In this document: one piece after another, positions 1 to 12,100 of the stretch
How positions within the stretch are numbered: position 1 is the first letter of the stretch
Layout of the letters: every line of letters starts with the position of its first letter
Notes under the pieces: model-generated
Seen by the model: the letters and a program-made list of their open reading frames with translations, nothing else
What the model was told of the DNA's origin: nothing
Databases searched by the model: none
Made by a program: the position numbers and the translations under genes
DNA from: Schizochytrium sp. TIO01
Taxonomy: Eukaryota; Protista; Bigyra: Labyrinthulomycetes
Assembly: GCA_004764695.1 (NCBI GenBank)
Contig: SMSO01000037.1
Span: 782,747-846,746, forward strand
Length of the DNA: 64,000 nucleotides
Direction: 5' to 3'

Positions 1-1983
1 AAAGTTATCTTGCCACTCACTAGAATGAATTCTGATGGTAAATCCATCGCAGAGACTGTGATTTCAAGAATTAAGGCTGGCGGTGGAACAAATCTCAGCG
101 CTGGTGTTTTCCGTGGACTTGACATTGTTGAAACGCGAACAGATGCTCGTCCTGTAACCAGTGTACTTCTGCTCACCGACGGTCTCTCAAATAGAGGTGT
201 GCTTGACGCATCGCGACTTAAACTCGGCGTGGAAATGGCTCTCCAACGCATTGGTGCTCCTACAAGTTTATTCACATTCGGCGTAGGGGATACGCATGAT
301 GCGAACGGTCTAGTGGAAATGGCACGTGCAAGTGCTGGTGGTGTCTACTCTTTCTTGGAGGGTGCAGAAGAGATCCCGGCATCTTTAGAAAAATGCATTG
401 GTGGACTGTTCTCTGTGCTTGCACAAAATGTCCGCGTTCACTACGACCCTCTTAAATTTACTCCTCTTGAACCCTGGCGTGCCCATGTACCAGGTGTGCT
501 TGACATCGGAGACATGTATATGGCTGAGCAAAAGCGTTTTGTATTGGTTAAACGATCCAGCTCTTCGCAGAGCAATCAGCAACGGAAACAAACTCGTCAA
601 AGTCTTGTTAGTCCCAGCAGGAATCTCAAACAGAAGAAACAGAAGCTCTCACCTTCCAGTACTCATTCAAAACATAGCAAAACCACAAGAATACAAGACG
701 AGGCTAATCCAGGAGTTGGCGTGCAGTCTGCATTTCGTCTTGAATATTTAGATGTAGCTACTATGTGCCCTTGCGCCGTAGAGCAGATTGCCCATCCGCC
801 AGCTACAACTGCACAAGCTGCAGAGGTCGCCATGCACGTGGCTTCGCTTTCTAATCTTGCATTGGCACTGCAGGCAATGACCAAGGCAGCACTTCAGACA
901 GGGCTTCATGCTCACCAAAGTGCTTTAGATGCGTCGTTGTCCACAATCAGGAATTCATCAGCGTTTGAAGCAGGAGACCCTATGAGCGGACGCCTGGTTG
1001 CCCAGCTTGAATTTCTCTCCGCACAAACGCAAAATGAAAAGAAGCATCGAAGGGCACTCTTGTCACTTTCGAACCAGTATGAACTGCAACGGGTCCTGAC
1101 AACTTCTCTTACATCTTCTTCTTCCTCATCATCAAACCCTCCTTTTGTAACCCCACACATAGTGGCTCAGCCTCCAGTTCCCACGGCTAGTGCATTGACC
1201 GTTTCCGAAGTCGCGGCTGCACTTGAGGCCTGCAGCGTTCACACTAATCGTTCGATGCCTTCATCGCAGCATTCTTTTGAGCATGGCAGTTTGCCAAGTT
1301 TGATCAGCACAAGCGACTTCCCGCACGATCTCGAGCGAACGTCGCGTACTGCTTTACCTTCAATGTCGCAGTTTGACTTTCCAGTTGCACATGAAATTCA
1401 TCGCAGCTCAACTGCTCCAGTACAAGCCTCATATGTGACAATTACACCTGCGGATATGTCTACATCAAATCGCCGCCACAGTTCATCCTCAGCAGACTCC
1501 GCAAGGGGCTATGGCTCTGCATCGTCGGATGGAGGCTCACCCACTGCATCGCGCTGGCGTCGTCATACCGGCCGTCTTTTCAGATCCTCCTCAGCCCGGT
1601 CCGCGCCAACACCTTCCGACACAGCACCGCACGAAAATGAGCAACCCGCTTCATTGCAAATTTTGCAGCAACACGAACCGGAAGTAGTGATGCAGCAGCC
1701 AGTAGCTGATAACCAATCTCGTTTTCCTCGTTTTCAGGGCGTGACAAGCACGTCACTTTCATCAAATCAGTCTTTGCAGACAGCACACAGAAGTTTTGTT
1801 CTTGGCAGCCCTCCTTCGTCTGGTTCATTGCCTTCTCCGCCTCCACTCGGCAACGCATCTCAGGCAAATGCTTCTGAAGCCATTCCTGCACGATCTCGGA
1901 GATCTTCTGCAGAAACATCTTCGAGTCGCACATCTGGCGTTCATTCTCTTCGCAACCTCATGGCATTTTTCAAACCCAAGTAA
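1..1983 (+). CDS. VWA-domain protein with long Ser/Pro-rich disordered C-terminus (5'-truncated by window)
   Basis: Frame is open from base 1 (KVILPLTRM...). VWA motifs GGGTNLSAG, VLLLTDG and FTFGVG..HD are present. The ORF-track TTG start at 10 is not a real start. Confidence 0.85.
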   Translation, partial: KVILPLTRMNSDGKSIAETVISRIKAGGGTNLSAGVFRGLDIVETRTDARPVTSVLLLTDGLSNRGVLDASRLKLGVEMALQRIGAPTSLFTFGVGDTHDANGLVEMARASAGGVYSFLEGAEEIPASLEKCIGGLFSVLAQNVRVHYDPLKFTPLEPWRAHVPGVLDIGDMYMAEQKRFVLVKRSSSSQSNQQRKQTRQSLVSPSRNLKQKKQKLSPSSTHSKHSKTTRIQDEANPGVGVQSAFRLEYLDVATMCPCAVEQIAHPPATTAQAAEVAMHVASLSNLALALQAMTKAALQTGLHAHQSALDASLSTIRNSSAFEAGDPMSGRLVAQLEFLSAQTQNEKKHRRALLSLSNQYELQRVLTTSLTSSSSSSSNPPFVTPHIVAQPPVPTASALTVSEVAAALEACSVHTNRSMPSSQHSFEHGSLPSLISTSDFPHDLERTSRTALPSMSQFDFPVAHEIHRSSTAPVQASYVTITPADMSTSNRRHSSSSADSARGYGSASSDGGSPTASRWRRHTGRLFRSSSARSAPTPSDTAPHENEQPASLQILQQHEPEVVMQQPVADNQSRFPRFQGVTSTSLSSNQSLQTAHRSFVLGSPPSSGSLPSPPPLGNASQANASEAIPARSRRSSAETSSSRTSGVHSLRNLMAFFKPK

Positions 1984-2601
1984 ATATAGACCTTATTCCC
2001 TTCGAACTATTGAACAATACCCAAATCTTTGTATTTTACTCTTTAATTTTTAATTTCTCAATTCTTCAGATAAACCCCAAAACTGTGCGGGTAAATCTCA
2101 CCTAGTTTTTCATACTTATTTTACGACTCAAGTTGAACATGTTTCCAAGTTAGCTTGGAAGTTTGTCTCGAATAGGTAACATGGAAATCATCCATTAAAG
2201 CTGGGCATGCTCACCTCAAAAAAATCGGTTATTATATTAATTACAAAACGACCCCCTGATTTTCCGCCATTCCTTAGTTGTGTTGCAAGAAGAAGATAAA
2301 GAGTGGGCACACAAAACCGGCATTTTCAAAGTTGCATAGCACATCAGGTTGAAGTAAAAGATCATATTTGCATAGGAAAGACAGACCGAAATTAAAGCAA
2401 CGAGTAATAGCATAAAAGTTCATAAAATAAAAATGCACGTGTGGTTGCAGGGGTGAAGAAGTTTAAAAAAAAAGCTTTGCCTTGTGTTCAGTTAGTACAT
2501 GCTTTCTATAGAAAAGGGTGCATCAATCGATCACAGTCATATAAGCGAGCGGTACAAATTTAGTGTTGGTCTTACAAAATAAAGAGCTGTAAATAGGTTC
2601 T

Positions 2602-3723
2602 CTAAGCTGAGATGACGCCACTACCATTGCTGGCGCTGGCCTCTTCAGCAGCAACAGCATTTGTCTTGGCAGATGCGACAATCTTGTCCACAATGGTGCG
2701 CAGGGGGGCCATCGCGGATCCCTCCAGGATCGGCTTGCCATTCTCTGCTGCATTTTGCAATTTCGGGTCCATGGGGACACGGCCGAGGTACGGGACATCG
2801 AACTTGGCGGCCATTGCCTGAGGTCCTCCGTTGGCTGCAGGGAAGATATCAAGGGCAATATCCATGTCAAAAATTTCCGGACAGCGTTCACGGAGAGTAG
2901 CCAAAGCAGTTTCAGTTGCGTCATTGCCTTCACCAGAAACAAAACGCAGAGAGTTTACAGGAAGACGCATCTGGGCCATGTTCTCAACCACGCCGAGTAC
3001 CGGGATCTTCGTCTGCTTGCAAAAGTTGAGCTCCTTACGCACATCCATCATGGCTACTTCTTGAGGTGTTGTGACCACCACTGCACCATCGTCTGGACGA
3101 AGACTATCCTTTAGCAGCTGCACAATTGAAATGTGCTCGTCAGAGGTTCCCGGGGGGGTGTCAATAACAAGGTAGTCAAGCTCACCCCAGTCCACAGACG
3201 TAAAGAACTGCTGGATAAGTCCATTTTTGCGGGGTCCTCTCCAAATAACAGCGCTGTCTGGATCCGGCATCAGAAATCCAATCGACATTACGCCTAACTC
3301 ACAGTCCTCCTCCCCATTCTCGCCGTCCACATCCACATAAACTGGCGACCATCCTGAGGCGCTCTGGTGCACCTCGCGCCCAGACAGGCCCAGCATCAGA
3401 GGCACAGACGGCCCACAGATGTCAAGATCCAAAAGACCTACTCGCTTGCCGGCACGCGCTAAACCAAACGCCAACTGAGCCGAGAATGTTGACTTTCCTA
3501 CGCCACCTTTGCCCGAAAGAACGAGCACAGTTCTGCCGATGTTAGCCATCTTGTCTTTAATGGCCTGGGCCTCCGGGTTTGGCTTGCGCATCTCTCCCGA
3601 GGCGCAGGCACTTTGGTTCGGGCAACCAGCACAAGCACTAGCCTTGCCGGCTTGCTCCGAGGTTGGGCCAACGCAGCCGTCGTTGGCATCGCTGGGAGCA
3701 GCATCGCCTCCGGTGGTCGCCAT
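2602..3723 (-). CDS. NUBP1: Cytosolic Fe-S cluster assembly factor NBP35/NUBP1 (Mrp/NBP35 P-loop ATPase)
   Basis: N-terminal Cys motif CVGPTSEQAGKASACAGCPNQSAC, Walker A SGKGGVGKST, DLDICGPS, VIWRGPRK, DTPPGTSDEH and VVENM. ATG at 3723 is in ACCACC-ATG-G context. Confidence 0.95.
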   Translation of the reverse strand: MATTGGDAAPSDANDGCVGPTSEQAGKASACAGCPNQSACASGEMRKPNPEAQAIKDKMANIGRTVLVLSGKGGVGKSTFSAQLAFGLARAGKRVGLLDLDICGPSVPLMLGLSGREVHQSASGWSPVYVDVDGENGEEDCELGVMSIGFLMPDPDSAVIWRGPRKNGLIQQFFTSVDWGELDYLVIDTPPGTSDEHISIVQLLKDSLRPDDGAVVVTTPQEVAMMDVRKELNFCKQTKIPVLGVVENMAQMRLPVNSLRFVSGEGNDATETALATLRERCPEIFDMDIALDIFPAANGGPQAMAAKFDVPYLGRVPMDPKLQNAAENGKPILEGSAMAPLRTIVDKIVASAKTNAVAAEEASASNGSGVISA

Positions 3724-5108
3724 GGTGGTTCCGAAGATCTGTTGTTTCCTGAGCAAAAGCGAAAACCAATCGACGGGTTGGGAAGAAGTGTAGCCAAGCT
3801 AAGTCTCAGGTCGCAGGAGTACAACTAGCAATGATTCACAGATGAGGCCGAGAAGAAGGCTCGATCAATGAACTTAACCGGGGCCTGTTCTGGATTTGCC
3901 GCTTCTGGATTGATCAATCCATCAATCAATGTACAATTCATCGGAATTCGGGAAGGGCCACCCTTACTGTTTCGAATAGCCCTACTCCTAACCTCGGCGC
4001 TATCTGTAAATGTAGCCTAATTAAGCACCTATGCTTAATAAAGCAAGAACTGATGTTGTTGTGCCAGTGCCTGATTCTCGTTTCGCAGCCCCGGCGAGAG
4101 CTCCGAAACCGATGCATTATATTTGGAAACAATCAAAGATCTGATGGCGCTATATACTCGCGCAGACCCCTGAGAAACTGGTATAGCCTTCGAATTGCAA
4201 GACAAAACGATTTGCTAGGAAATCTGGTGTAAGGCTTTAACGCGAAGTTTAGGTTGAAAATCACTATCTACACGTATGCTGAGAAAGAGCTACTGGCGGC
4301 TACTAATTAATGAACAAGGAAGCCGGGAACATGGCAGATGTTCACGTAGCTAAGTACCTCGACAAGAAAAACTCCGTGGCGTCCTGGTGTTTGCTACTCT
4401 TAAAAGTGGGTAAGGCCAGGAACTGCCATGAGGCCCCAAGGCAAGTTCTTTTTATCGATTTCAGGACCGCCAACGATGGAGAGTAAGTTCAAATCAGGAA
4501 TCAAATAGAAAGGACAATTTTGTCATATGGCGATATTGTGAGTAAGCTGAGCGTGTTGCATCTCTTAATATCGCAACATTATTCATTTATATGGACGATT
4601 GGTTCTCTCCTTGATCCATGCAGAAGGCTTTCGTAAATTCACCCAACTATGAGAAGACGTTGATGCTTTGCAAGTGAGAGTACTCAGTATTGCATGTGGA
4701 AAGTGATGACGCATCCCTGTGCTGTTATTCACAGTTCAGAGTAACATACAAAAGGATGGTTCCAGAGTTATACAAGTTTTTATTCTTATAATTAGATTGA
4801 TGCTAACGTGTTGCGTATCGCTCCAGAACTTTGTCGTTCCCGGTGCATGTATCATCATAAGGGAGAATAACACAAAGCGAGAAAGTGGGAGGGGAAAGAA
4901 GGAAATAGGATGAAATTGAGAAACACTGAGGGGGTGAGTTTTCATGGTGAAATGAACTTTAATTTCTTGTACGATAGACGGTTGAATGAGTTTGGTGAAA
5001 AGCAGAAAGGTAAAACAGTCACTCGAGTTGAGCAGTAGGTGTGCCAAGCAGCCAGCTGGCACCAAGTATGTAGAATTAGCAGAAATAATGATGAATTCGT
5101 AAGTTTTA

Positions 5109-5750
5109 TTATGCGTCTGCATCCTGGAGGTCATCATCTGCGTGCTGCTCAGAGTGTTCTTGGTCATCTTCATACTCATCGGTCTTCCGTTCTGAGAATC
5201 CATTCGTTCCGTCGTTATTTTCACCATCCGTCGCAGTTGTATCGTTGTGTCCATTGCCCACATCTGGTTCGCTGCCCTTGTCAACCATGTGGACGTCATC
5301 CTCTTGATGGTGTTCCTGCTCTTCATCAACCATCTGAGTCTCATGATGATCATCCTCATCGACCTGATGAATACCTTCTGAGCCTTGCACTGGGTCATCA
5401 TGGTCCCCTGTCACTTTGTCATCGTTGCGGTCCTGCTCATGAAGGTTGCTTTCAACTGATCCTTCTTTGCTCTTTATTAGAGCTCCTCCAGAGCTACTGT
5501 GATGTGTATTGTCGTTCTCCTCCTCCATATCATCTTCATCAGGGGCTGGTACAGGAAGTTTATCCACAGTCGCATTATCATCAACTGTATCTTGTTGTTG
5601 CTGATCCTGCTGATCCTGTTCCTGCTGGTGTTGTACAGCTTCTGACGAATCCTCTTCCTCTTCACCGGGTGGAAGTGGCGGTTGCTGGTCGCTCTGTCGT
5701 GGCTGTTCCTGCTGCGACTGCTGTTGTTGTTGTTCCTGCTGTTGTTGTTG

Positions 5751-5813
<63 letters not shown>

Positions 5814-6914
5814 TTGATGTTGCTGTTGTTCCGGGCCCTGGACGGAGGTTTGTGCATGTCTTGAGTTTTTCCAGTTGGTAAAATCAATAAGATCATGAAG
5901 CATAATAGTCATCTCACATTGTGCCAAAGCATCCTGCAATCGTAAGCCAGTTTCTTTCCAGATGTTGTGACGGCTGTCGCCCTTAGGTGGCTCTGGTTTT
6001 CGCAGAAAGTCAATGATCTCCTGAAGCGAAATTGAAATCGTCATCGTTCCAGAATTTCCTGACACAGCTGCATCATCTGTCTTCTGGCGTTTTGCAGAAG
6101 GGCTTGCAAGCCCAGGTCCTGCCCTAACCCTACTAGGCACGCCTATGGTACTTGCAATGTAATCTGGTACGGACTGCGACGCAGTATTTACAGCCATTTG
6201 CTGATTCTGATGATGATGCTGTTGCTGCAAATCACCCGCCGACGGCGGTGGCGGTGGTGGCGGAGATCCGTCGCCGATAACCGTTCCCGCCACATTCACT
6301 TGATTCACAACGTTGCTACTTCCGATGCCGTTCCCAAGGTTGTTGACTCCGATGGCATTGTTAATGGTACTTGTGGATGCGCTAGCAGCTGCGTTTCTTT
6401 GCGACTGAAGAATGTTCTCATCTTCCTCGTCAAGCTCGATGTCGCTCTCGGACTCGTAATCGGGCTCGTCGGGTCTACGGGACTCCTTCGGTCTGCCGAT
6501 GATGACTTTGAGCAGCTTCTCGCGCGAACCCTTCTTGAAGTAATCGTAGCACCATGAGAACCTGAACTTGCCAACACCGCGTTGGTCTCCCTTGAGACTG
6601 TGAAGGTAGTACTGGTTAGTAAGTTTGTCTACATCTATGGTTCCTGGGATCGCATTAGCTGCCTCCTCTTGAGCTTTTTGCACAGCATCGCGGTATTTGG
6701 TGACGTGGGTCCTGATCTTGGCCCACCGCTTGCGAAGACCCTCTGGCGTGCGGGCCACAAAATCTGATTGCGAGCGAATGGTATAAGCTTGCAGACACTC
6801 TTGCCAGAATCCCTCCTGCGTGCGTGACTTCGACCTGCACTCTTTCCACGCAATAGCATATGATCTGCAGAGAAGGTGGTCCTCCTCCTCGCGCCAGCCC
6901 TTGCCACGGCCCAT
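5109..6914 (-). CDS. Myb/SANT-like (NAM-associated/Harbinger-ORF1-type) DNA-binding protein with polyQ and acidic tail
   Basis: N-terminus WREEEDHLLCRSY...FWQEC...RTPEGLRKRWAKI...F.FSWCY, followed by a ~35-residue Gln tract and a D/E-rich C-terminus. Start context is CAAG-ATG-G. Confidence 0.75.
5720..5830. repeat. (CAG/CAA)n coding trinucleotide repeat (polyQ on minus strand)
   Basis: Runs of TGC and TGT on the + strand. Confidence 0.95.
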
Positions 6915-8083
6915 CTTGAGCTACACGTCCACGGCCACACGCAAAAAAAAAAAGAACACTACAAGCCCCAAGAATGGCAAGGCTCGCCAGCACACACGCC
7001 ACAAACAGGAAGCCAACGCTGCCTTGGCGATGCGGTCTGCAGCCCTTGACGGAGAATGGGCCTTGACACAGCGTCTTCTTCGCCGTCTCTGGTATCGTTG
7101 TTGTCAATGATGATACTCTTATTATTCCTTTATTCACCATTATTATCTCCTCCTACTCTTTAACATAGAACATCCTACTGATCACTAGGCACTCGTCTCC
7201 GTTCTTTAAGGGATTCCTTTTTCCCTCCAACTGACTGACTGCGTGAAGAGAAAGTCTCAAAGTGCCATCGACTGATTTATGCTGGCATCCTCAGTAATGA
7301 AGGCTGCACAACACGCGAGAACGAAGCAGCGACTTCATCGATGCAGGAGCTGGAGAGTAGCCATGTGCAATGTGCAAAGCTCCGCGATGGTTTGGCTGGA
7401 TAGAAGTTTTTTTCTTCATCGAAGGAAAATTTTATATTAACTTGAAAAAGACGGTATTAGTGCTGTATTTCATGACAATTTTAGTTGTTTGTTCATTTTC
7501 TTTAAATTAAAATTAATACATAGGTCATTCATAGCCAGCTATTACTAACTAAGTGTAGAGGTCAGTAGTAGTCTGCTAAGAATTGTGAAAGCGACTCCGA
7601 AGGAAAAAACCTGCACAAGCGGCCGATAGGGAACTAGCAAGAGTATGTGTATTATTATGCTATTTGGTGTCTCGCTGATAGATGCAATAACTGCATATAC
7701 AGTGGTAGTACTCCTTCCCTTTCTTCTTTGCTATTTCTCTTTGTGCCTCTTGATTATGATTAGTACCTTGAAGGAGAAGTTGAATTGGTGTTATGACAGA
7801 AGCTGAAGATGTCTGGCATTTGACAATCTGCGAGGACAGTAGACCTACGCAGCCCACTTTAATGCTGGTACAGCGCCTGTAGAGGATGCGAGAAAGAAGC
7901 AAAGGAAGGCGTCCAAAAGGAAGAGCAAACAAGTTAACGAATGGGTAAAATCACTTTTTTAAAAGAAAGAAACAAAGGCATTCTTGGGAAGAGGGTTTTT
8001 TCCCTTTCTTCCGAGTACCCGAAGGCTCCTACTGGAAGTGTAGGCACCCATAGACGGAGTTTGCTTTCGCTCACTCTCGTCAA

Positions 8084-8135
8084 ATAACTCACTTGCGAGA
8101 GCGTATAACTCACTTGCGAGAGCGTATAACTCACT
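8084..8135. repeat. 21-bp tandem repeat, ~2.5 copies (ATAACTCACTTGCGAGAGCGT)
   Basis: Exact copies at 8084-8104 and 8105-8125, partial copy at 8126-8135. Confidence 0.95.
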
Positions 8136-8283
8136 GACGACATGAATACTCCACTGTATACGGACAATATGCTCAACGTTAATGGCTCCAGTCTAAAATC
8201 AAACAAAAGAAGCCTTTCTTTCTTACGATGCGCCGATTACTCCTTTGTTGAGAAGAGGAAGCCATGACGAAGACAGCTGCAGA

Positions 8284-8334
8284 AGCTGCTCAAGATGATA
8301 ATTAGCTGCTCAAGATGATAATTAGCTGCTCAAG
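8284..8334. repeat. 20-bp tandem repeat, ~2.5 copies (AGCTGCTCAAGATGATAATT)
   Basis: Exact copies at 8284-8303 and 8304-8323, partial copy to 8334. Confidence 0.95.
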
Positions 8335-9176
8335 GATACCTGAGCAAGCACCCCTAGCTCAGGAGGAGATGTGAACAATAGGCCTGATGTGCCTTAAGTG
8401 ATTCCTCGCGTTATGAAAACAGTAGGTGCCCTTACCCTAGGCAGAGGCCTAATTGTGGTACTAGGTCTGTCTGGTAGTATAGTAAAAGGAACATCAAGTA
8501 TTTTATAATCTAAAATCATTAATGATTAAGACGATGAGACTTTGCTTTGTTGGACGATCGCCGATGTAGAACTATGGGCGATTAAAGCATCTGACGTCAC
8601 GTTGAGAATGACAAAGTTCATCGTGCTGCACCTTGGTCTTGTAGAGGAAGTCCATCTGACCAGCTCGCATGTTTATTTTAACGTGTAAATCAAGGAGGGC
8701 CAGGCAGTGGAAGCTAAACAAATATGAGAATAATCAGGTACATCTCCCAGAATATATTCTGCTGAGGCGTGAACCATGCTAGGCATAAATGAAGTGCATT
8801 GCAGTAGTTTTGAAGACCACTCGGTAGCAAGAACTAACTAGCAAATGTAACCATCATGAAAGAACTGGGATCGTGAGTCATAGATCGTCGAAACGGTCAA
8901 CCGCATTTACAAGGGGGTTATTATACAATAATATACCAATTTTGAACACCGTTTAACATTTGTTAATATTCTCGATTTTACAACAATTAAGTATATAATC
9001 CCATATTGCTCCCCTCTATGATGATGTCTCAAGTTTTTACAAGGATGAAGCAATGTTGCATTGTCTAGAGAAAGCAAGCAATGTCAAATTGAGATCAGAG
9101 ACACAAGCGACGCAGGATCAAGACCTGCGCAGATCAGAGACGTTGAACGTGAACACGCGAAGATAGTGTTGGCATC

Positions 9177-12100
9177 ATGTCAGCCAAAATGTCACACGCG
9201 GAATGGCTCGAACGCAAGGAGCGAGATCTGGAGGATGAACGATACGCCAAAATGCTCGAGGACCGGAAACGCCAAGCCCGTGAAAACGCGAGAAAGGAAA
9301 ACAGCAAGAGGCAATTTGACGAATGGCTCAAGCATAAGGAAAGCTTTGAACGTGGAGTGCAATTATTATTTCAACTTGACGAGCAACGTTGTGTCGACCC
9401 AGATCAGTGGTTTGAAGTTGCGGTGGCTGTCAATGCTATTGATTGTCTTCGCGGGGTTTACAAAAAGGAGGGCTACGAAGGACTTCCATGTGACCGCAAT
9501 CCAGAAAATAATGTCAGTCGAGATGAACTCCGCAAACGCCGCACGCTCCAAGAAGAGTTTTATCGCTGGTCAAAAAATGCGGAACATGGCCACGAGTTCG
9601 AGAATGTCCCTATTGAAAACGCGCTTGCCAAAACATTTACATTAAACGCTCAAGAAAACATGAGCGAACATGCCGAACACCTTGAGCGAGATGGTGAGTA
9701 CATTATGCCAAGTCTCAAGTACGCAGCACCTAGGGCAAAGCAAGCAGCACACGATAAAAGGAACTTATACAATCCAGACACAGCCAAGTACAATAAAATT
9801 TACAATCGCCTTATTCAGTCTGAGTTTTTGCGAGCACAGAAAACGATGTACGAGCGTCTCGACAAAGCTACTGCCCGCCAAGAACTCAGTAACCTTCCTT
9901 TAGAGGCCGCTGAACGTCGTGTTCTCAGTGGTATGGGTCTCGCGAAGCTTGCCAAGTGGGTTGAGGAGGATGCTGTAGAGCGGGACTCAATTGCCGAAAA
10001 TCGCAAGCGTGAAGAGCGTCAAATCGCTAGCCAAAAGCATCTCAAATTTGTGGAACACAAAAACAAACTTCGCCTTCGCCTACCAGACAACAGTGATGAC
10101 GAACTACAAGATGTTGATGACCCTGAAACGTATGCAAAGATGAAGCGCGTGCTCTATGGGAACCCTGCAAATAAAGAAAATGGTCGCATGGATTTCAGCC
10201 GCTCCAAACCTAAATCGGTGCGTGGAAGGCGCCCATCAACAGCTGCTGCAAATAGCGTCGAAACTGCTACACGAGATGGCCTCGGAAAACAAAAGTACGT
10301 ATATGCATTGAATTACAAAGACCTTGAAAGTGCTCGCAGTACGCTTGCGAAAGAAGGTCATCTTTTTCGAGAAAATTTCCGTGATGAAGACGGTGATCTT
10401 TTAGTAGATGAATTCGAAGCTGCCAAGGAGGCGAAACCAAGCACACGGAAGCATCGAATTCGCGACCTGGTTAAGCAAAGAGAAGAAAAGGCAGCAGAAA
10501 CTTATCAGGAATGGGCTACTCAAAAGGATTTACGTTCACGTGCACTGGACTGTTTACAACATATTGATAAGCCAGGAAATATTGGTGAGGGAACTGCAAC
10601 TGATGAAACTCACTGGCGTTATGTTGGAGAACAGCTCAAGGCTGTTGATCAGACTTTGCTATCTGAGTTTATTAACTGGTCTGCAGGCTTCAAAACCGCA
10701 GCTCAATGTAAGGCAACATGGGAATCACTCCCCCCTAACGTCTGTGATACCTGCAATCCGTCCTCTACTGTGCACAACGTATTACTTAAGTTTCTCAACC
10801 GCCCTGGTATGAACTTTACAGATATTTTCGATTTTGCTGTTGAACGTGAAGTGCGTCGGATCATGGCAAGTGATGGTCGAGATCCTGATGAGGCAACACC
10901 AGAAGAGATAAAAAAGATAGAGGATTCCCTCGAATTGACCCCTAGACGATTCCAGCAAATGATGCAAGATGCAGGCATTCCGATTCAAGCTCATGAGGTG
11001 CGAATTCTCACGACACTTTTTGACAAAGATGGAAACAATAAGATCTCTCGAAAAGAGTTTCTAAGCTTCACAGGCTATGACCCGCGGCCTAGTGCTCGTG
11101 GAGATGCCGTTTTAAAGCTTCGAAATGGGGAATTCTGTTCGTGGGAATCATGCTGCCACGTAACAGGCCTTACAAGTGCATACGAGGTTAGACCAGCCCC
11201 CACAAAGCAAGACAAGGCTGGGGACAATGACGAGGAAGACTACTCACAAGATGAAGCATACACTACGGATCCTGACGCAGACGAGCTAGTGATTAAGGAT
11301 CTGCCTCTACTTCTTAGAAATGGAAAGGCAAAGCAGGGCTGGATTCGAATGCCTTTACCAGATTTAGAACGTCGCTCTCGCCGCCTGGTGCGCTCAGGGG
11401 ACCGTAAGCCTAGTGACTTTCGAAAACCTGTCCCATCCTCGTGTGAGCTTTCAAGGTGGACGAACCAAGACCGAATGACTGCCTTAGACGGGCTCGACAC
11501 TTTGTCCGAGGCCAATCGTGAAATTTCGAGGACTCTTGCACTTCAAACCCAGGGCGAATCTCCTCTTGCGCCAATCATTACCCTCGGGCCTGTACATAGC
11601 TTACCAGAGTCTGACCGGCAAAAAACACTAATCCTGCGTTGGAACCCTCGGGAGGGCAGCATGTTTCCAACATTTTATGTTTTAGAGACGTGTGGACGTG
11701 AAGGTAGCAAGACCCAACGACAACACGAATATAAAGAGTTGTATCGCGACCCACCATCTGCAGCGAGTGGGCAGAATCAAAAAGGAGAGTTTACAATGCG
11801 AAAACTCGAAGCTGGTGTTCGTTATTATTTTCGACTACGAGCCTTCAACGGTTACGGATCATCCCCCTTTACTTACGCATCTTTCACAACTGCACCTCTT
11901 GCACCTCCAGTTCCAATCATCAAAAGCCTTGCACCTACAACACTCACTCTAAGCTGGGGCGGTTCGGCACCTGAAACTAAGGCTCACTTAAGAGAATTAA
12001 GAGACGTGTTTCGGGGTCTTGATGTCACAAGCTCTGGCGAGATAGACCCAGAAAAATTTCTTGACACACTTGAGCAAGACTATTCACATCTATACCAAGC

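Noticed and set aside
5039-5896. ORFs 5039..5881 (+, poly-Ala/Val), 5682..5864 (poly-Leu) and 5477..5896 (poly-Ser/Asn)
   Set aside because: These are shadow frames of the CAG/CAA repeat in the 601-aa gene.
8084-8334. Short repeats as a possible CRISPR-like array
   Set aside because: The units are directly adjacent with no spacers, the context is eukaryotic, and there are no cas genes.
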